A stretch of DNA of 57,180 nucleotides, the filler included, from Catajapyx aquilonaris (lineage: Eukaryota), in NCBI GenBank assembly GCA_000934665.2. It is 2 parts of 2 records of this genome, joined end to end, with 100 filler letters (N's around TTAATTAATTAA, not from the genome) between each part and the next. Parts side by side here need not be neighbours in the genome. Positions count along the whole stretch, not along the records: positions 1 to 28,556 come from KZ539245.1; 1 more part is not named here. One strand, given 5' to 3'. Below the pieces are notes generated by a model. The model saw nothing but the letters and a program-made list of their open reading frames with translations, made no database searches and was not told where the DNA came from. Position numbers and translations under genes: made by a program. Positions 14,301-26,090 of the stretch are shown here, piece after piece. The number at the start of each line of letters is the position of its first letter. Position 1 is the first letter of the stretch.

Positions 14301-17300
14301 TCCTCTTTGGAGGTTTCCATTGTCTGGTAATGGAATCGGTATTGCAGCAACTACAGACTACATAAGCTTCCTTGGTAATATTGCACTTGCACGGAATTCC
14401 AGAAAATTCTAAAACCACAAAAAAGTGGAAGTTGAAGCCAAAATTGCCTTGCTGTTGGCTGCACATTACAAGTACAGTATTATTAGGATATCAGTTGAAC
14501 CAGCAAGTTGAACTACACAAAAATCACATAATACAGTAGTCTACGGATGTTCGATACCCAGACTCACCAGCTCGATTTTTCTTTCATCTTGGTCTATTTT
14601 CCGGCCAGAGTTATTGCAAAAGCCAATATTCCATCAGACCCTCTAGGGAGTCCTCCCCCGCAGATTTCAAAATTAGTTACCTCCCCACATAGATGCATTG
14701 ATTCACTGGGCCAATTGGTGTGGCCCAGGGTGTTCTTTTATTAAGCCACACAGTGCATGATTCCACAGAATCACTTCCGCGTGTAATAAAGGCAGCATGA
14801 TGCATATTAATATGGCAACATGTATCACTTACATGACTTTGATATACTACAGTATATGCAGATGGATAATCGTTAATAATAATTTGGATTTTTTATAAAT
14901 TGAAGCTCAATATTATAAAGCGCAAATGGGCAATTCCACGTGAACGTCAGCACGAAAAAATTTGCCCGTCCGACTGTGAGATATGCTTTAGTCCGGGTCA
15001 AGTTAGGCCTCTCCCGTAAGGATTTGGACCGCTGATGTGTGGTTGCCTATCTGCAGGCGCTAATTGTACTTTGGTCACATATACAAGTAGATGCGCCCCC
15101 CATTACATTTACATGACAACGCAAAATGCATTATGTAATACATGTTTCATGTGTGAAATTGTCTCCTCTTTTCAGCAAAAATGTTAATACTGTATTCCGA
15201 CAGCTGTGCAAATCAATGGCAAAAAGCGACATTTTTAAAAAAAAGAAATGTAATTTCCAAATGCGATCACATGGTATCAAAACACAGCCCATAGTGTCCC
15301 CTACCTGCGATACAAACGGAATTTTGGTATACGAAAGGGTTACGGAGCTATATACTGACATGGCGCGGGAGTGCCCATTCCCGGAGAGTGAAAATGAGCG
15401 GCCCATAGGGTGCCAGAAGGAATCCCATACATGTCTAAATAGTGAACGGTGACTCGGACATTGACTAGGAAGGACCAGGGGTATGAATAAACAATAATAG
15501 AGTACGCTAAATGAAATTTATTCTAACTAAACCAGCCTTTTCCGAGCATGAACATGGATTTTTTATTATTACCCCGTGATAACCCGATTAGGGTTTATAG
15601 GGGAGTGGATTACCACCATTTTAGAGACGATTTTCCAATTTTTACTTCAATCTCCGTGCAAGGACTTTCGGGATATAGGGTAGGGAAAGGGATTGTTGGG
15701 GAGGGGACACTTGTGCAGGTGCATTGTCCTAGCCTTTGGGCATGTGCAGTACCCCAGGAGGTTAGGTTGCCAGACACCTCGGTGCAGTAAATCCTTTATA
15801 GATTGTTAAAGTGGAATATTTACTTAATATAAGTTCCTACTTCTTATAGCTTGGAATAATACGTACAGTGGCATTGAAATGCTCCAGGGATTGTCCGCAC
15901 CAGAGCAAATATTTTTTTAAACCTGTTGTTTAAACTGTAGGGTGTAGGCTATACGACTAAGAGTGCATCGAAGAAGCGAAATTCGACCAGTGGGAAAGCA
16001 CAGACAGGTGAGCTTTGACCCATCAAACATTCTCCACAGGCGCGAGTTTGTTGAACAGTTCGGCACCAAATTTTTATCAAACTAAGATCCCATGACTTTG
16101 TAGGCAGAACACAGGCAATATTTATTGGCGACTTCAAAGAAAATTTGAAATATATAATGAACTTATGGTGGATATGGATTTTCCTGAGAGTTTCGCTGTC
16201 GTCACACAAAATGAAGCGCAGACTTTTCATTGGGGGGTATATCTACAGTCCTTTAAACGAGAGAATGGTCTGACGTCACGTTCATCCCGCCTCCACCCGG
16301 CTCTTCCTTCCTATCACGTCTCCAAAACACTCCGCTGTGCATGCTCAGAAAACACCGCTGCCGTGACGTCAGACCATTCTCTCATTTAAAGGACTGTATA
16401 GTGTATACGCAATTTTAAGCATATCCTCATGTTATTCACAGACTTTAATGAGAAGTTACAAAACTAAATATCGTATTGATATGCATGCCATAAAATCAAA
16501 CTCGATGATTTGAGAAGTGACACGATTTTATTTTTCTGCTACCCATCACAATGTGCTACAATATGATTAGCCTTGAAATACTTTCATTTGGTTATTTGTG
16601 GAATTAAAATAAGACAAGTCGACATGTTTGTTTCATTTTCAGTTTTTCAAATGTTTTTCTGATTACAATGAAAGCAAAAAAAATACGGAGTCAACAGTTT
16701 AGTAGTCTGCGCCCTAACTCATTCTTGTGCACTTCGTTTAGGCAATTTCCAACCAATATTCTTTCGCTTACAAAAATGCTCGAGTATAGGCCTGAAAAGC
16801 AAGAAAAAGCAATGTAGGACTACTCATTCGCCTCCGCTCTGGAAGTTGTCAAGGTCAATTCCAATCGCACTGAATGGAAAATTTCAAGACACCGTCTCTT
16901 TCAAAAGCCAAGATGGGAACGTAAATTGATTTGTCGGAGCGAGAGGGAGAGTTTGGATAACTTTCAGTTCTGTAGGAAGCCTAGGCCTGATTCACATATT
17001 ATATGGAATACATCTGCCAGAAAAATACGCAGCTGTTCCTTCCAGAAAATCCAGTAAAAGTTACATACCCAGCGGTTTATAAAATACAGGGTGGTCCGAC
17101 ATGTTTTCTCTCTCCAACATTTAAGCATGGAAAAATGAAGCAATTATTACCTAAAAATGGGAGTGAAATTGACCAGCTTACGTGAGAAAGGTCTTCAACT
17201 TCTACGGTTTTTGAGTCCCAATAGGGGAATAGGGAATATCCTCACCTTCAGGCAAGGGTGGTTGGAGTGTGGAATAACCCACAGGATGCCCCTTATTATC

Positions 17301-19414
17301 AAAGTGTAGACTATGGCAAAACTAAAATCAATATGTAATTATCTCCCTAATGAATCTGATGTCACCAAAAGTAACTGGGACAATATTTATTCTTCGGATG
17401 TCGCAATGTATACTCTACTTATGGTCTGAGTAGCAGTTGGCACCTTTTGCACCATCCTGTATGGGCACAGGCCTATACTGTGCATGCAAAAATCAGTTCA
17501 AGTTATGGAAACTGAAATCAGCTTAAGTTATGGAAACTGGGAATTGTAAGTTATGGGAACTGCGATGAATGATTGGAAACTATTCCAATTTAAATATGAA
17601 AAAAATTGCCAAATATCCTCAATAGCAAGTATTTCCCAACCCGTGCACGGGTCCCAATATATCTGAATATTTTCACACTGAGAAATTTTCTTCAGAAAAT
17701 TTCTCAGTGTGAAAATATTCAGATTAATTTATTACTGGGTACTCATATTAATAAATAACAAGTTCAATGGTCCACATCGTCGTTTTTACTCGTGTGATTG
17801 TTTTCAATAAAAATTTCTAATTTCCAAAATGTGAATTTTTCTAAAAGTTGCCAAAACCTGTGAAACCACCTACGACTATTGAATAGGTGGCCATTTTGAA
17901 ACAAAAAGGCAGACTTTCCTGGAAGATCAGCAGGTAACACTGGATTATATCAAAGTCACCTCTGTGCCACTTTATAACAACCGTTAGTTAGAGGTAGGTT
18001 ACCTGAAATCACAGTATGGGGCATGGTGGTAATATAAACAGCATAAATATTCCAGCGTTACAGCCGGGGTGACAATACATTGTAGGCACGGACCCAGAAT
18101 ACTTTAAGAGTAAGGCTCGCGTAAAATCTTTTGCACCTTATGCTTTTTCGCAAGAAGGAATCTTCCGCGAATACAAAAACAGTCCACATTATACCTCGTT
18201 TACCTGCCAAATGGCAAGGTAGGCAAGAAAAATGCCTTTCGCCTTTACCCGCCTCAACCAGCAAAAATATGTAAATGTACCAACAGTAGCGCCTTCGCAA
18301 TAATAAATTACTGTACTCTGACAACCCATCGGCGGAACGAAAAAAGAAACATCAAGAACTGCAAATGCACCCTAGAACGTTTACATGTAAAGTGGACATT
18401 CCAAATACATGTAGGAATATACAAAAAGAGGCTATTCTGGACTTTGGGGACGGTGAACCGCAACTTACTATTTTTTTCTAAAAAAAAAACACGGAAGCCT
18501 TTGGTAGATCATATATTTTATTACAACTCGATGCGTGCGAGTGGGATTGGGTTGCATGTTAGCGGGTTAAGAGACTTGTGTGAGGGGCAATCTCTCACAG
18601 TGGCGGTTAACACCAGCGGTTCATTTTCCCATTGTCTTAGCAATGGAGTGGCTGCAGGAAGACAAAGTGGAATTAAGCTTGGAGAATACACCACGGAATA
18701 TTAAGTGGCATTAACGGTTGATAATGTCGACGACCGCAATAAGTCAATCAAGCCAGGTTTCGGAATAAATCTGTGCCGTTGAAAGTGGATGCAGAGCAAT
18801 AATGGAAGGTGTCAGTGAGTGAAACAATCCTTTACGACGCACCACTATTATTATATAGTGATACCATATCAGTGTGCGCCACACGAACTGCACACAAAGC
18901 AGGCTCTCATCAAGTTGCTTCACGTAACAGTATTTTTTCTCTCCACACGCCACCATGGTACGAAGTAATCGCATTATTTACAGCAGCCTCAGCACGTTCA
19001 GCTTCTGTCAGTTATTCCCAAGTGGCGAATATTTTCAGCATTACATCGACCGTTGGTCTCTTCACATTTTGCCTACGCATTCAATCTCATTTTCTGGGTA
19101 TTAAATGCTATACTGTACACATAGTCTTATGTTCAAAGGTAGTTCCCATCAGTTCCCTTTTTTTTAAGGCAACCCACTCCGGATAACCCAACGCGGTATC
19201 TGAACTATAAGAAGCTCGAAATATTCTGTGTTGACATATGCCATGCATATGATAGTTTCCCAGTTAGTACTTCTGTGTATTGCATCACGTCATGTCGAGA
19301 TTCTTACCGCCCTCAGTTATCGCGTTGGGTTGTCCGGAGTGGGTGGGATTTGGAAAGGAAAATGCTTTTATTTTTAATTAGGCCAATACAACGTATTCAG
19401 ACTGTTCAGTATCC

Positions 19415-19494
<80 letters not shown>

Positions 19495-22400
19495 TCGATC
19501 CATCATGAAACATTCATCACGCTCTCCGGTGTCGTATTGTGCATTACACTACATGGGAAACTATCCTATTCATAGCATATGCCAACGCGGTTTATTTCTT
19601 GCTTTCGGCGACTTATATTGGCAGATATTCTTCTCAAGAAGTAGGCTATTGCAACATTTCGTTTATTAACCTACTCTATTTAGACAATCAATGCAAAAAA
19701 TGCCATACCTACTCACATGGTATACACAATGCATACAGTGCCGGTGCAGTGAACAATAATAGCCAATTTAATGCGCTCAGTGGCATTTCAAAAATAACAA
19801 TTCAAAGCTACTGAGGCGTTGGTATGAACACGATTGATGTTAGGCATATAAATGGGACGAAACCAGGCAATAAAAGATGTGTGAATCCGGAACTAACCAA
19901 AACACAACAAAAAGGTGGCCTGATTATACTGATTAGCTAGCTACAGTATTAAACGCAAAAATGTTACATACCTACAGTACGTGCCAGTATAGTTTTTAAA
20001 GCTAGTGCCATCCTTTCGCTCATCTTTCAAGCGATAATGAATGGGACACCAACCAAAGTGGAATTTTCCGCTCCCGCAGGTAGAGTGAGAGGCAGGAACA
20101 TGATTCCCTTCACCCTTGCGATGATAATTTTTTATTACGATATTATATCCTTTTCCCATTGGCAACGTTATTGAAACGCGATAGAAGACTATAACAGGCT
20201 GTAGAAAGCAAGCGAATTTAAACGGAGATCTCTATTAAAACTTTCATCCAACGTCAGATTCCGATGAGCTTCAACTTCATATTTGACCTGAAGAAACAAC
20301 GTTCACATTTGGAGCTTGGTATTTACATGATCATTTCTGGCTTTCAAACGAAAGAAGAAAGCAAGGCTTCGATTCACATAACCTTATTGAGTTAAAAATC
20401 TTTCTGAAGGGAGCACTCCTGAGTGGAAGAGACAAACCCATACTTTTTTAATGACACCACTTACTTTCTTAAGAGCAATGGAACTCCCAAATTGCCTCTA
20501 GCTCTGTGTACCAGGACCTATCAAAAAAGTTTTCACTCTGACCACAAACCAGCAGAAATATCAGGCAGTAATATCACAGTCGGCTTTACCAACCACCCCC
20601 ACCCCCCACCAAAATAGGTTGACCTCCCACGTAGTTCCATCTCTCAAAGACGAGAAGTTTCGTGACGGTTTGTGCCAGGAAAGGTGATGAAGACCTACAT
20701 TTGCACTGGTGTTTTAGACGCCCCGACAGTATAGGCTACTTCATATGAAATAATTTCGATTTTCCTCATGTACAATATGATTTGTTCATTGAAGTCATCA
20801 TCATCTCACCTGATTATAAATGACATGAGTTCTTCCAGTATGGCTCATTAAACTTGAAAATCGACTCAAAAATATGCGCAACTAAATTGCATACTATGCG
20901 ACTTGAAAAAGTTGTTTAAAACAGCAGTGTGCAGTCAATTTTTCCTAATTTCCGGCGCCTTCATGTTCTCTGCAAAACTTCCTTGATATCCTTTCCTGCA
21001 AGTGCTAAGCTGCCCGGCCCTTACGGGATGGACGACCCACAAGAGACGAGTCAATGTTTACGTCACGCAGTTTCGCCGTCTAGCCTCAGCCCTCTGGGTG
21101 TGTACTTTATTCATGACTACGTTGCCTCTGGTGTTTTAAACATGTGTGCAGTATAACCCAATTAGCCTGCGTTATTACCTAAGTAGCACTTAATTACTAA
21201 TGCGACTATTTTTAACCTGGCTTTCATTCAGCCAGTGATTCATGCAGGAAGTAACAGGAAGCTTCAGTACTACAGGTCTGTGTAAATAACAATATTAGTT
21301 ACATGATTTTAAATTTTGTTAAAAATGGCAACGTTATCGGCTAGGCTATAATTTTCAACAAGCTGCACCTGAAGACGTCTTTCCACGTTTATCTCAGCAT
21401 CTTTTCGTGACACAGGTATAGCCTTCATGATTAGGGTCTACACGGAACAACGTCTAGCCGTTCAAAAAAAAAGGTGGCAAATTAAGAATGAGTTATATGG
21501 GGCAACCGAATTCGACCATTTCGTTGAAACAGACTCCTGTAGAGGCAAGGCTCCAAGAATTTCTATATCGAGTAGGCACAGCATGACCTGGAGCCGTATA
21601 CTCATCCAGGTCACTCGCAATAGACGAAGTCGATTGACGTCAAAATGACGTTGCCAATTCTCCTCGCCCTGCCCTGGTCATCATTGGCGACGTCATTTTG
21701 ACGTCAATCGACTTTGTCGATTGCGAGTGACCTTGATGAGTATACGGCTCCTGCACTCACGTAGACTTCAAAATTCTCATTATTTCATATCGGTACAGGA
21801 AATATTAACAGAACCTATCAAATTGGTGATACCTATACCTGTGCTTTATCCCCCATCAATTTTGAGTTGATAAGATCTTTGCGCCCAGTCCTCTGAAAAT
21901 ATGAGGAAGGTCGTAATTTGATAGACGCGGGAGAGTAATGAAGTGCAAACTTACGACAGAAAGAGCTCTGCCTTTTTCCAGGAATTCATTAAGACAGGCG
22001 AAAGATGCAAATTGCGAATGCGAGATCTTTCTTGAGACTCGCGGAGGAGCCCAGCTTATTACACGCACACAAATTTCTGAGAGGTGCGAATCCTTAGAAT
22101 ATGTCACTCATGAAAACAATTTACGAATATTATAATCGAAGACCTCAAAATGCAGATCAATCAGCGTCACATTTGGGTCAAAAATGGAGGTATAGGTTTA
22201 TTATATTATAGTCGACGACGGCAAGGTCTAAAATTTGGCCTTGTATCTGTCAGAAAAAAAAAATGTTGCGTACTTTTACATTATCACCATGGTAGCCAAT
22301 AGAATATTATTATACGAACTACATTTCAATCGTTTTTGTATTTCATCATCTTCAAAATATGGGAGAGAAAAATCGAACTTACCTATGGTGTTTTCTGAGT

Positions 22401-22626
22401 CTCTCTCGGGGCGAGTCCAAAGTGTTTGGCGACATGTCCCTGCTGCGGTCGTCGTCAAAATCGGACAGTCCCATCCCCCTGCTTCCCCGAGGCGAAGGGG
22501 AGGCTGGTGGAGTGTCACCTCGTGATGCAAGGGGCGAGTGCGATGGTGACGGCTGAGGAGATGGGGACAGAGGCGGCTGGGTACTGGCAGGCTGGATTCC
22601 CAACATGCAGTACGGATCGCTGAAGC
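2184..22626 (-). CDS. BAIAP3: Munc13-4/BAIAP3-family (unc-13-4, staccato-like) C2A-MUN-C2B protein; 16 exons, 2854 nt, ~950 aa, partial at both ends (gene span)
   Basis: All 16 exons have AG/GT boundaries with matching phases and join into one open frame. Motifs: C2[12 protein letters not shown]...[32 protein letters not shown]...DDFLG; MUN helical region ([21 protein letters not shown]); C2[29 protein letters not shown]...[13 protein letters not shown]. Family assignment is by recognition of these motifs. Confidence 0.92.
2374..2689 (-). CDS. BAIAP3: unc-13-4/BAIAP3 exon (MHD2 end and start of C2B ...[15 protein letters not shown])
   Basis: tttcag acceptor, G|GTACTG donor. Confidence 0.9.
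2850..3065 (-). CDS. BAIAP3: unc-13-4/BAIAP3 exon ([20 protein letters not shown]...EGNVG)
   Basis: ttccag acceptor, GGG|GTATGT donor, 216 nt. Confidence 0.9.
3128..3523 (-). CDS. BAIAP3: unc-13-4/BAIAP3 exon ([11 protein letters not shown]...SHLAEQ)
   Basis: ctttag acceptor, CAG|GTATGT donor, 396 nt. Confidence 0.9.
3634..3850 (-). CDS. BAIAP3: unc-13-4/BAIAP3 exon (FRDHL...[13 protein letters not shown]...DTTSCFFQ)
   Basis: ttgcag acceptor, CAG|GTAAAC donor. Confidence 0.9.
3914..4059 (-). CDS. BAIAP3: unc-13-4/BAIAP3 exon (LHDNLGPC...[15 protein letters not shown])
   Basis: catag acceptor, CA|GTGAGT donor; MHD1-start motif [10 protein letters not shown]. Confidence 0.85.
4684..4735 (-). 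CDS. BAIAP3: unc-13-4/BAIAP3 52-bp exon ([18 protein letters not shown])
   Basis: ttttcacag acceptor, ACG|GTATGT donor. Confidence 0.82.
4791..4919 (-). CDS. BAIAP3: unc-13-4/BAIAP3 exon (YSDTRQ...[21 protein letters not shown])
   Basis: ggtag acceptor, AG|GTACAC donor, phase 2 to 2. Confidence 0.82.
5816..5923 (-). CDS. BAIAP3: unc-13-4/BAIAP3 exon ([36 protein letters not shown])
   Basis: ttttgcag acceptor, TG|GTATGC donor; phase matches next exon. Confidence 0.85.
6263..6387 (-). CDS. BAIAP3: unc-13-4/BAIAP3 exon ([28 protein letters not shown]...)
   Basis: ctacag acceptor, AG|GTCAGT donor. Confidence 0.88.
6452..6673 (-). CDS. BAIAP3: unc-13-4/BAIAP3 exon ([26 protein letters not shown]...)
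   Basis: gacag acceptor, CAG|GTAATT donor, 222 nt. Confidence 0.88.
6816..7025 (-). CDS. BAIAP3: unc-13-4/BAIAP3 exon ([39 protein letters not shown]...)
   Basis: acag acceptor, AAA|GTGAG donor, 210 nt phase 0. Confidence 0.9.
9985..10171 (-). mobile_element. tRNA-derived SINE resembling the polyneopteran Lm1/Talua type
   Basis: GGAAGGAAGCGGCTGTGGCCTA...GGAAACCACAGAAAA...GGGATTTGATCCC reads as the antisense of a tRNA head plus conserved body; family named from recollection. Confidence 0.55.
10478..10549 (-). pseudogene. tRNA-like cloverleaf (Val-CAC-like pseudo-tRNA or SINE head)
   Basis: A box TAGCTCAGTGG, D stem GCTC/GAGC, T arm CCAGG-TTCGATT-CCTGG, acceptor stem 6/7 paired; anticodon arm spacing irregular. 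Confidence 0.55.
10617..10773 (-). CDS. BAIAP3: unc-13-4/BAIAP3 exon ([10 protein letters not shown]...[15 protein letters not shown])
   Basis: gcag acceptor, CAG|GTAAGC donor; Ca2+-loop acidic residues. Confidence 0.9.
11990..12285 (+). mobile_element. Highly degenerate non-LTR (RTE-like) reverse-transcriptase 3' fragment
   Basis: Broken frames give [16 protein letters not shown] and RIFRSS...LYQ...P, resembling the RTE C-terminal 'FERKILRRIFG' region. Confidence 0.35.
12789..13050 (+). mobile_element. Degenerate mariner (DD34D) transposase C-terminal fragment
   Basis: [14 protein letters not shown] ... GLEVLP ... DYHL.FPKLK ... [11 protein letters not shown], with frameshifts, matches mariner HHDNARPH / YSPDLAPSDYHLF / F.SDEEV blocks. 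Confidence 0.75.
13892..13936 (-). CDS. BAIAP3: unc-13-4/BAIAP3 45-bp exon ([16 protein letters not shown])
   Basis: tttttcag acceptor, TG|GTGAGT donor; C2 strand LHLDIW. Confidence 0.9.
14009..14155 (-). CDS. BAIAP3: unc-13-4/BAIAP3 exon (SFRLSFKRR...[24 protein letters not shown])
   Basis: ttttcag acceptor (second in-frame AG 6 nt downstream), TT|GTATGT donor. Confidence 0.9.
16246..16396. mobile_element. Tc1/mariner-type MITE
   Basis: ~35-bp TIR CAGTCCTTTAAAyGAGAGAATGGTCTGACGTCACG, TA on both flanks. Confidence 0.75.
17661..17724. repeat. Perfect inverted repeat, 31-bp arms with 2-nt spacer
   Basis: ATCTGAATATTTTCACACTGAGAAATTTTCT-TC-AGAAAATTTCTCAGTGTGAAAATATTCAGAT. Confidence 0.9.
19415..19494. 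repeat. (TAG)n microsatellite
   Basis: Direct reading. Confidence 0.97.
21591..21750. mobile_element. PIF/Harbinger-type MITE
   Basis: ~65-bp imperfect inverted arms starting GAGCCGTATACTCATC; CTG (CWG) duplicated on both flanks. Confidence 0.72.
22383..22626 (-). CDS. BAIAP3: unc-13-4/BAIAP3 exon (C2[14 protein letters not shown] + Ser/Pro-rich loop ...RERLRKHH)
   Basis: ttcag acceptor, AG|GTAAGT donor, phase 1 to 2. Confidence 0.9.
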
Positions 22627-24775
22627 CTGAACACATGGTATAAAGAGTTTACAAGGAGCAAAAGCACTGCTATAGATTTAGTAGGTTCATGTGGTTTTTA
22701 CGGAACGGTAAAGCCAACTTGACGTAACTTTCGCTTCAGCTCGGATGTGAATGAGCGTTTGCTTTCAAGATTACGTTCACTTGACGATTCATGGAACTGG
22801 TGCATAGATTTTGTGGAAATTTTAAAAACCTGGTTTGTTCTGAATTGGTGGGCCTCAGTTGGCATTAACGTTCCGATGGTACATGAAAATGGGACGAATT
22901 GAAAGTTTTTAATTTAGGTTTGTTTTGTATAAATGACTGTCAGTTGTGTTTGGAATTGTTGTAATATCACTTGGCAGAGATTATGTGGCTACAATTCGTG
23001 TACCGTTCCGTCCATCACTGTAGTATTTTGCGAGACAATTAATGCTTACTGTGGGAAATACTGACACTTGATAATTATAGAATGACGTTGAATCTGTATG
23101 ACAGCAAAAGCAGTTATCTTTTTACTGTCGGTTTCAATTTATGCCAACAGTACGCTACCTTATCACCTGAGAAGTGTCATCAAGAATTAGTAAGTGGTGC
23201 AATACAAGTATTACCTGTAAAGTTTTATGTACGTATAGTGTACGCTGTATCTGTTCTACCATTGGAATTCAATCATGGAGCAACTCTTCAGCTGTTTGAT
23301 ACCGGGTTTTCAATGATGTTTAAATTATCGAGATTGGATTAACAATATGAACATTTTATGTTTAATGACCCAGTTTTGCAGAGCTGACCATTTATGAATA
23401 ATTACAAAAACCGGCGTTGGAGTTATCCGGCACATGGAACACCAACCGTACTTTAATGAAATCCATGCAACTGTGCTACAAGGCTCCCATATTTTCCACT
23501 ACACTTGTCAAGTAAATTATTGTTTTTATAACTCCACAATTTTTATGCCAATTATTGGAAAGCACTGTATGATGAAAAATATTTGAATAAAAACGCAAAG
23601 TACAGTATATATACTTGTCAGTATAGACCTACTGTATATTCTGATGCCACATTTGACGGAACGGAGGACACTGTATATTCCACAAAACAAATTACTCCAC
23701 TGACCTGATATACCAATCTGATTGTTGCCCTATATTACACAGCTTACTTTAATTAAAGCCAACAATAAAAGCCACAGAGGCTTATATACACTGTGTGAAA
23801 GCGACATTGTATTACGCTGTGAATAATGCTCTAGTGATGCGAGTATGATGTAAGCACTGTGCAATAGACTACCTACTGTGATTTGTCAAAGGCCACTGGC
23901 CGGGTGAAAGTGCATGTTTGTGAGCGGTGTGAAAGTGGTGACCTATTACGTCACTGTCATGAAACAACAGGCTATGTCATGGCATCGGTCAAGCTTTAAA
24001 GCCCCTTCACACACAACACATTCAAAATGTTTGGTGAAATGAATATATACGAGAATCTGCTCCAAATGAAGCTTGGCAGCTATAATAATGACACATAATT
24101 GCATAATAATGCATGTCTTAAAATGAAATGGTTGAGTTCGTAGAATCCTTTTCCTCTTCTGCATGTTTTAACCCGATGTGTCCCAGCAGATTTGCATATC
24201 CTTGTCTGCCCAGGGTTAACAGAGGTTTTCATGTTACAGATGCAGTCTCAGATGAACCGAGATAAAATCCTCGCTGGATATGTAGATACTGTGAGAGATT
24301 GACATGGCCAGGGAAAATCTGACATAATATGCTATAGAAACGATCACGGGATTTTAGACTGGTGTTTCAAGCTGTGAACAGTGGGAAGTATAAGTTCTGA
24401 TTGTTGAAATATGGGAACTGCTTAAGGCAGGGAGGCCTGTGGGATTTGTGTTAAAAGGAGAGGGGGAAATTGCTCACTCCCATTGTAAACAGGGCTGCTA
24501 ACAGCTGCAGGAGGAAATGATGAGTAAGAGAAAAGGATGGATTTGGGGCGCTGAGGTTATTTAAATAATGCATGTGAAAGTTTTCCGCGGGTCCATTTGC
24601 GTCCTCCTGCGTATATAACCATTTCAGAATAAATTATTATTGATCTTCCAGAGGATATTTGATGTTCATGTATTTCTACCAAAATTTCTACGCACCTTTC
24701 CCAAGGCTGTTCTCCATTTCAAAATAGCAGCATGCTATACTTTTGAATAACAATACCATCTGACAGCAGAATTCA

Positions 24776-24780
<5 letters not shown>

Positions 24781-24846
<66 letters not shown>
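24781..24846. repeat. (GA)n microsatellite
   Basis: Direct reading. Confidence 0.97.
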
Positions 24847-24849
<3 letters not shown>

Positions 24850-25127
24850 TACAGTGGTCTACTATATCGTTCAATTTTCAATCAAATCGGCATAAATTAT
24901 AAAATGCGATATAAAACAGAGGAAATGCTCATTTAAAACTACCCACTGTAATCTGCTCAATAACATATACAGACTACACAGTAGGCCTATTTATAAAATG
25001 TACACACCGCTTTATTGGCAGTCTCAATAATTGCACCAGACTCATAATAGCATTAAATACCGTATCACTCGAGGACCATCTACGTATACTGTTCTATAGT
25101 GAGAGACCGAAGGTACTGTACAGGCTA

Positions 25128-25385
25128 GGGGTCGTCCATATACCACGTGACCTATTTTTGGCCACTTTTTGACCCCCCCTCCCCCCAGTGACCGACCGTN
25201 NNNNNNNNNNNNNNNNNNNNNNNNNNNNNNNNNNNNNNNNNNNNNNNNNNNNNNNNNNNNNNNNNNNNNNNNNNNNNNNNNNNNNNNNNNNNNNNNNNNN
25301 NNNNNNNNNNNNNNNNNNNNNNNNNNNNNNNNNNNNNNNCCCCCCCCCTCCCCCCAAAACGGTCACGTGGTATATGGACGACCCC
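25128..25385. mobile_element. MITE ends spanning a 140-N assembly gap (25200-25339)
   Basis: TIR GGGGTCGTCCATATACCACGTGACC / GGTCACGTGGTATATGGACGACCCC; flanks CTA (left) versus TTA (right). Confidence 0.75.
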
Positions 25386-25700
25386 TTAGTGGGCTCAGTG
25401 ATGTAGAATTTCCGTTGGAAGGAAAAAGAAAAACTAATGAGAAATTGAAATTTACTGAAATGGTCAAAAATCGAAAAAATCGGTACTGCCGCCGATAGTC
25501 TTTTGCGATTGAATTGAAAATAGGATGTAATGTGGAGCATGTCCATCTGCACTTCCCACATAAGCATCATGTCCGTGAACCTAATAGCCTCTTCAAAAAT
25601 TTGACTGTGCCATCATACCGCTGTAGCCATCGTGCCCCGGTTTCCCATACAGTTTTGTTTCATGAGTTACCAAGCAATGCTGATTTCCCTGCTTGTGCAG

Positions 25701-26011
25701 CAGTTCATGATGCTAATTCAGATGCTCACAATACTACAGGTCCTCGAAGAGGCTTGGGCTTGGGTGATCTGAATAAAAGGATCACAGATCTCAAAGTTGG
25801 TGGTGGTGTGTTAGGAACTCATCGGAAGCAGCTGACAGATCTCCACCTGCCAGTGGGGCCATCCCAGACTCTGTTGTCCACACAGCAGGGCAAGAATCGC
25901 AGGGATTCTAATTCCACTGTCAGCTCCTATTATGGCAGTATGCGCTCTGAAAATTCACCTCATCCTTGCAGCAGTCAATTTAGCAGCCGGCGCAGTTCAG
26001 AAGTGTCACAA
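25701..26011 (+). CDS. ci: cubitus interruptus/Gli internal exon (RRDSNSTVSSYYGSMRS...SRRSSEVSQ)
   Basis: Pyrimidine tract with NAGNAG acceptor (tgcag|cag), CAA|GTAAGA donor. Matches the Ci PKA site/Slimb degron RRDSxxSTxSxYYGSM. Confidence 0.88.
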
Positions 26012-26090
26012 GTAAGATTGACATCATAAGTAATTAAGCAAGAGTTTGAACAGAGAACACCCTATAAATGAACACTTTTCTACTCCTCAG

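Noticed and set aside
16826..16968. Exon-like segment in the unc-13-4 intron ([12 protein letters not shown]...)
   Set aside because: In-frame stop, no GT donor, and not needed for the reading frame.
19275..19508. Poly-Ser ORF
   Set aside because: Translation of the (TAG)n/(AGT)n microsatellite.
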